Assembly (NCBI GenBank): GCA_918797485.1
Contig: CAKKNE010000005.1
Location: 4,712,001-4,776,000, forward strand
DNA: 64,000 bases
From: Pelagomonas calceolata
Lineage: Eukaryota
Reading direction: 5' to 3'
The notes beneath the pieces are model-generated. The model did not search any database, had not been told where the DNA came from, and saw only the letters and a list, made by a program, of their open reading frames with translations. Every line of letters begins with the position of its first letter. The first letter of the stretch is position 1. Shown here piece after piece: positions 63,100-64,000 of this stretch. The position numbers and the translations under genes are program-made.

Positions 63100-63422
63100 G
63101 ATTGTGCCCAATGCGTGTTCTAATATTAATTCCTTTCAGCTTGACTCACGGACGGCCAACGCGCGTCGAAACTCAAAACCAGACGGCCCTAGCGTATACA
63201 GACATACTAGACAGCAGCCTTTTGGACGAAAACGCAGCCGCTAAAGCTCAATTGCTGCCTTCGAACCCTTAGAGTATTATTCGCAGTCCTCTTGTCGCCG
63301 CTCCGCACGTTTCAGCGGCTTCGAGACAAGCTGTGACGCGCCAAGCAAGTGGTTTGGCCCAAGCAGAGCTTTTGCGATCAATTCCTTGCGCGCAATAACC
63401 AGTGCGACATACAGCGGTCACC

Positions 63423-63755
63423 ATGGTCGAACTAGAAGACCGCATCTACAAGTACTGGCTCCCGCCCTTCCTCAAGCGCCTCCAGCGCAACCGGTCGGCG
63501 CCGCCGCCGCGGACCGCGCTCGCGGCGCTCTTCCTGACGACGGTGGGCCTCGTCGTGATCATTACGGGAATCTACGAGAAGTGGTACGACGTCGGGCCCG
63601 ACGTGCCCTACCACTACTTCACTTTATTTCTGCTCGGCTTCATCACGTTCGTGCCCGGGAGTTATGCGACGTTCAACTTGTGGGGCGCGTTCCGGCGCTA
63701 TCCAGGGTTCGAGTACGACCAGGTGCCGTCGTGGGACGACCAGGCGCTGACCTAA
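63423..63755 (+). CDS. TMEM230/TMEM134 (DUF872) family protein
   Basis: Two TMs; LG...F.PG.Y......A.R..PGF.Y..VP. Confidence 0.75.
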   Translation: MVELEDRIYKYWLPPFLKRLQRNRSAPPPRTALAALFLTTVGLVVIITGIYEKWYDVGPDVPYHYFTLFLLGFITFVPGSYATFNLWGAFRRYPGFEYDQVPSWDDQALT

Positions 63756-63836
63756 GTATTTCTTTTAAAGATGGCTAGGCGGCCACTTAGTCGGCGGCCT
63801 AGCTCGAAGCAAAGCAAAAATGGGTCCTTGTGTGCA

Positions 63837-64000
63837 CTAGGCGACCTTCGTGAGGCAGTAGTCGTCGTCGGCGGCGCAGGGCTTGACGAATGACAAACAC
63901 TTCGACGTCGACGACGTGTGCTTCTCGAAGGGCTCCAGGCCCGCTTCCATGAAAAGGGCGCCGACATCTTCGTTGATATATGTAGGATAGTGGGGTTCGT
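63837..64000 (-). CDS. 3' end of a gene running off the window, possibly a class I SAM methyltransferase
   Basis: EPHYPTYINEDVGALFMEAGLEPFEKHTSSTSKCLSFVKP...* in one frame. Confidence 0.45.
   Translation of the reverse strand, partial: EPHYPTYINEDVGALFMEAGLEPFEKHTSSTSKCLSFVKPCAADDDYCLTKVA

Noticed and set aside
961..63210. GTAAGACACTAG repeats as a CRISPR array or transposon ends
   Set aside because: Dispersed kilobases apart, variable spacer, no flanking homology or TSD, no cas genes; eukaryotic context
1..64000. Numerous long antisense/alternate-frame ORFs in the track (e.g. 17055-18296, 60881-62152, 39713-40795)
   Set aside because: Shadow ORFs of GC3-rich real genes; Arg/Gly/Ala-rich with no motifs

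Overview
Gene-dense, GC-rich eukaryotic nuclear DNA with about 45 genes and very short intergenic regions. It is probably from a photosynthetic stramenopile of the pelagophyte type (inference from ASAFAP-like plastid presequences, ZEP, PsbP, selenoproteins and introner-like introns). Housekeeping genes include PCNA, HIRA, NOP14, POP1, PIG-W/GWT1, ZEP, a vacuolar sorting receptor and a double-domain dPGM. Four layers are missed by the ORF track. (1) A family of non-autonomous DNA-transposon 'introner' elements (TIR CTGTGTGGAAATC...GATTTCCACACAG, 8-bp TSD) makes spliceosomal introns in either orientation: 8 copies, from full-length ~200-bp elements to ~60-bp relics. (2) Two selenoprotein genes about 2 kb apart, a plastid-targeted UPFC glutaredoxin and a PrxQ/BCP with peroxidatic Sec, each with an in-frame TGA and a SECIS-like hairpin. 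(3) A bipartite quasi-palindromic motif CTAGCG-N(2-10)-GTAAGACACTAG found upstream of many genes, in most divergent promoters and not seen in convergent ones. (4) A shared ~55-bp promoter block in front of two unrelated neighbouring tandem-domain genes. Gene names come from recognising motifs by eye; no database searches were run.
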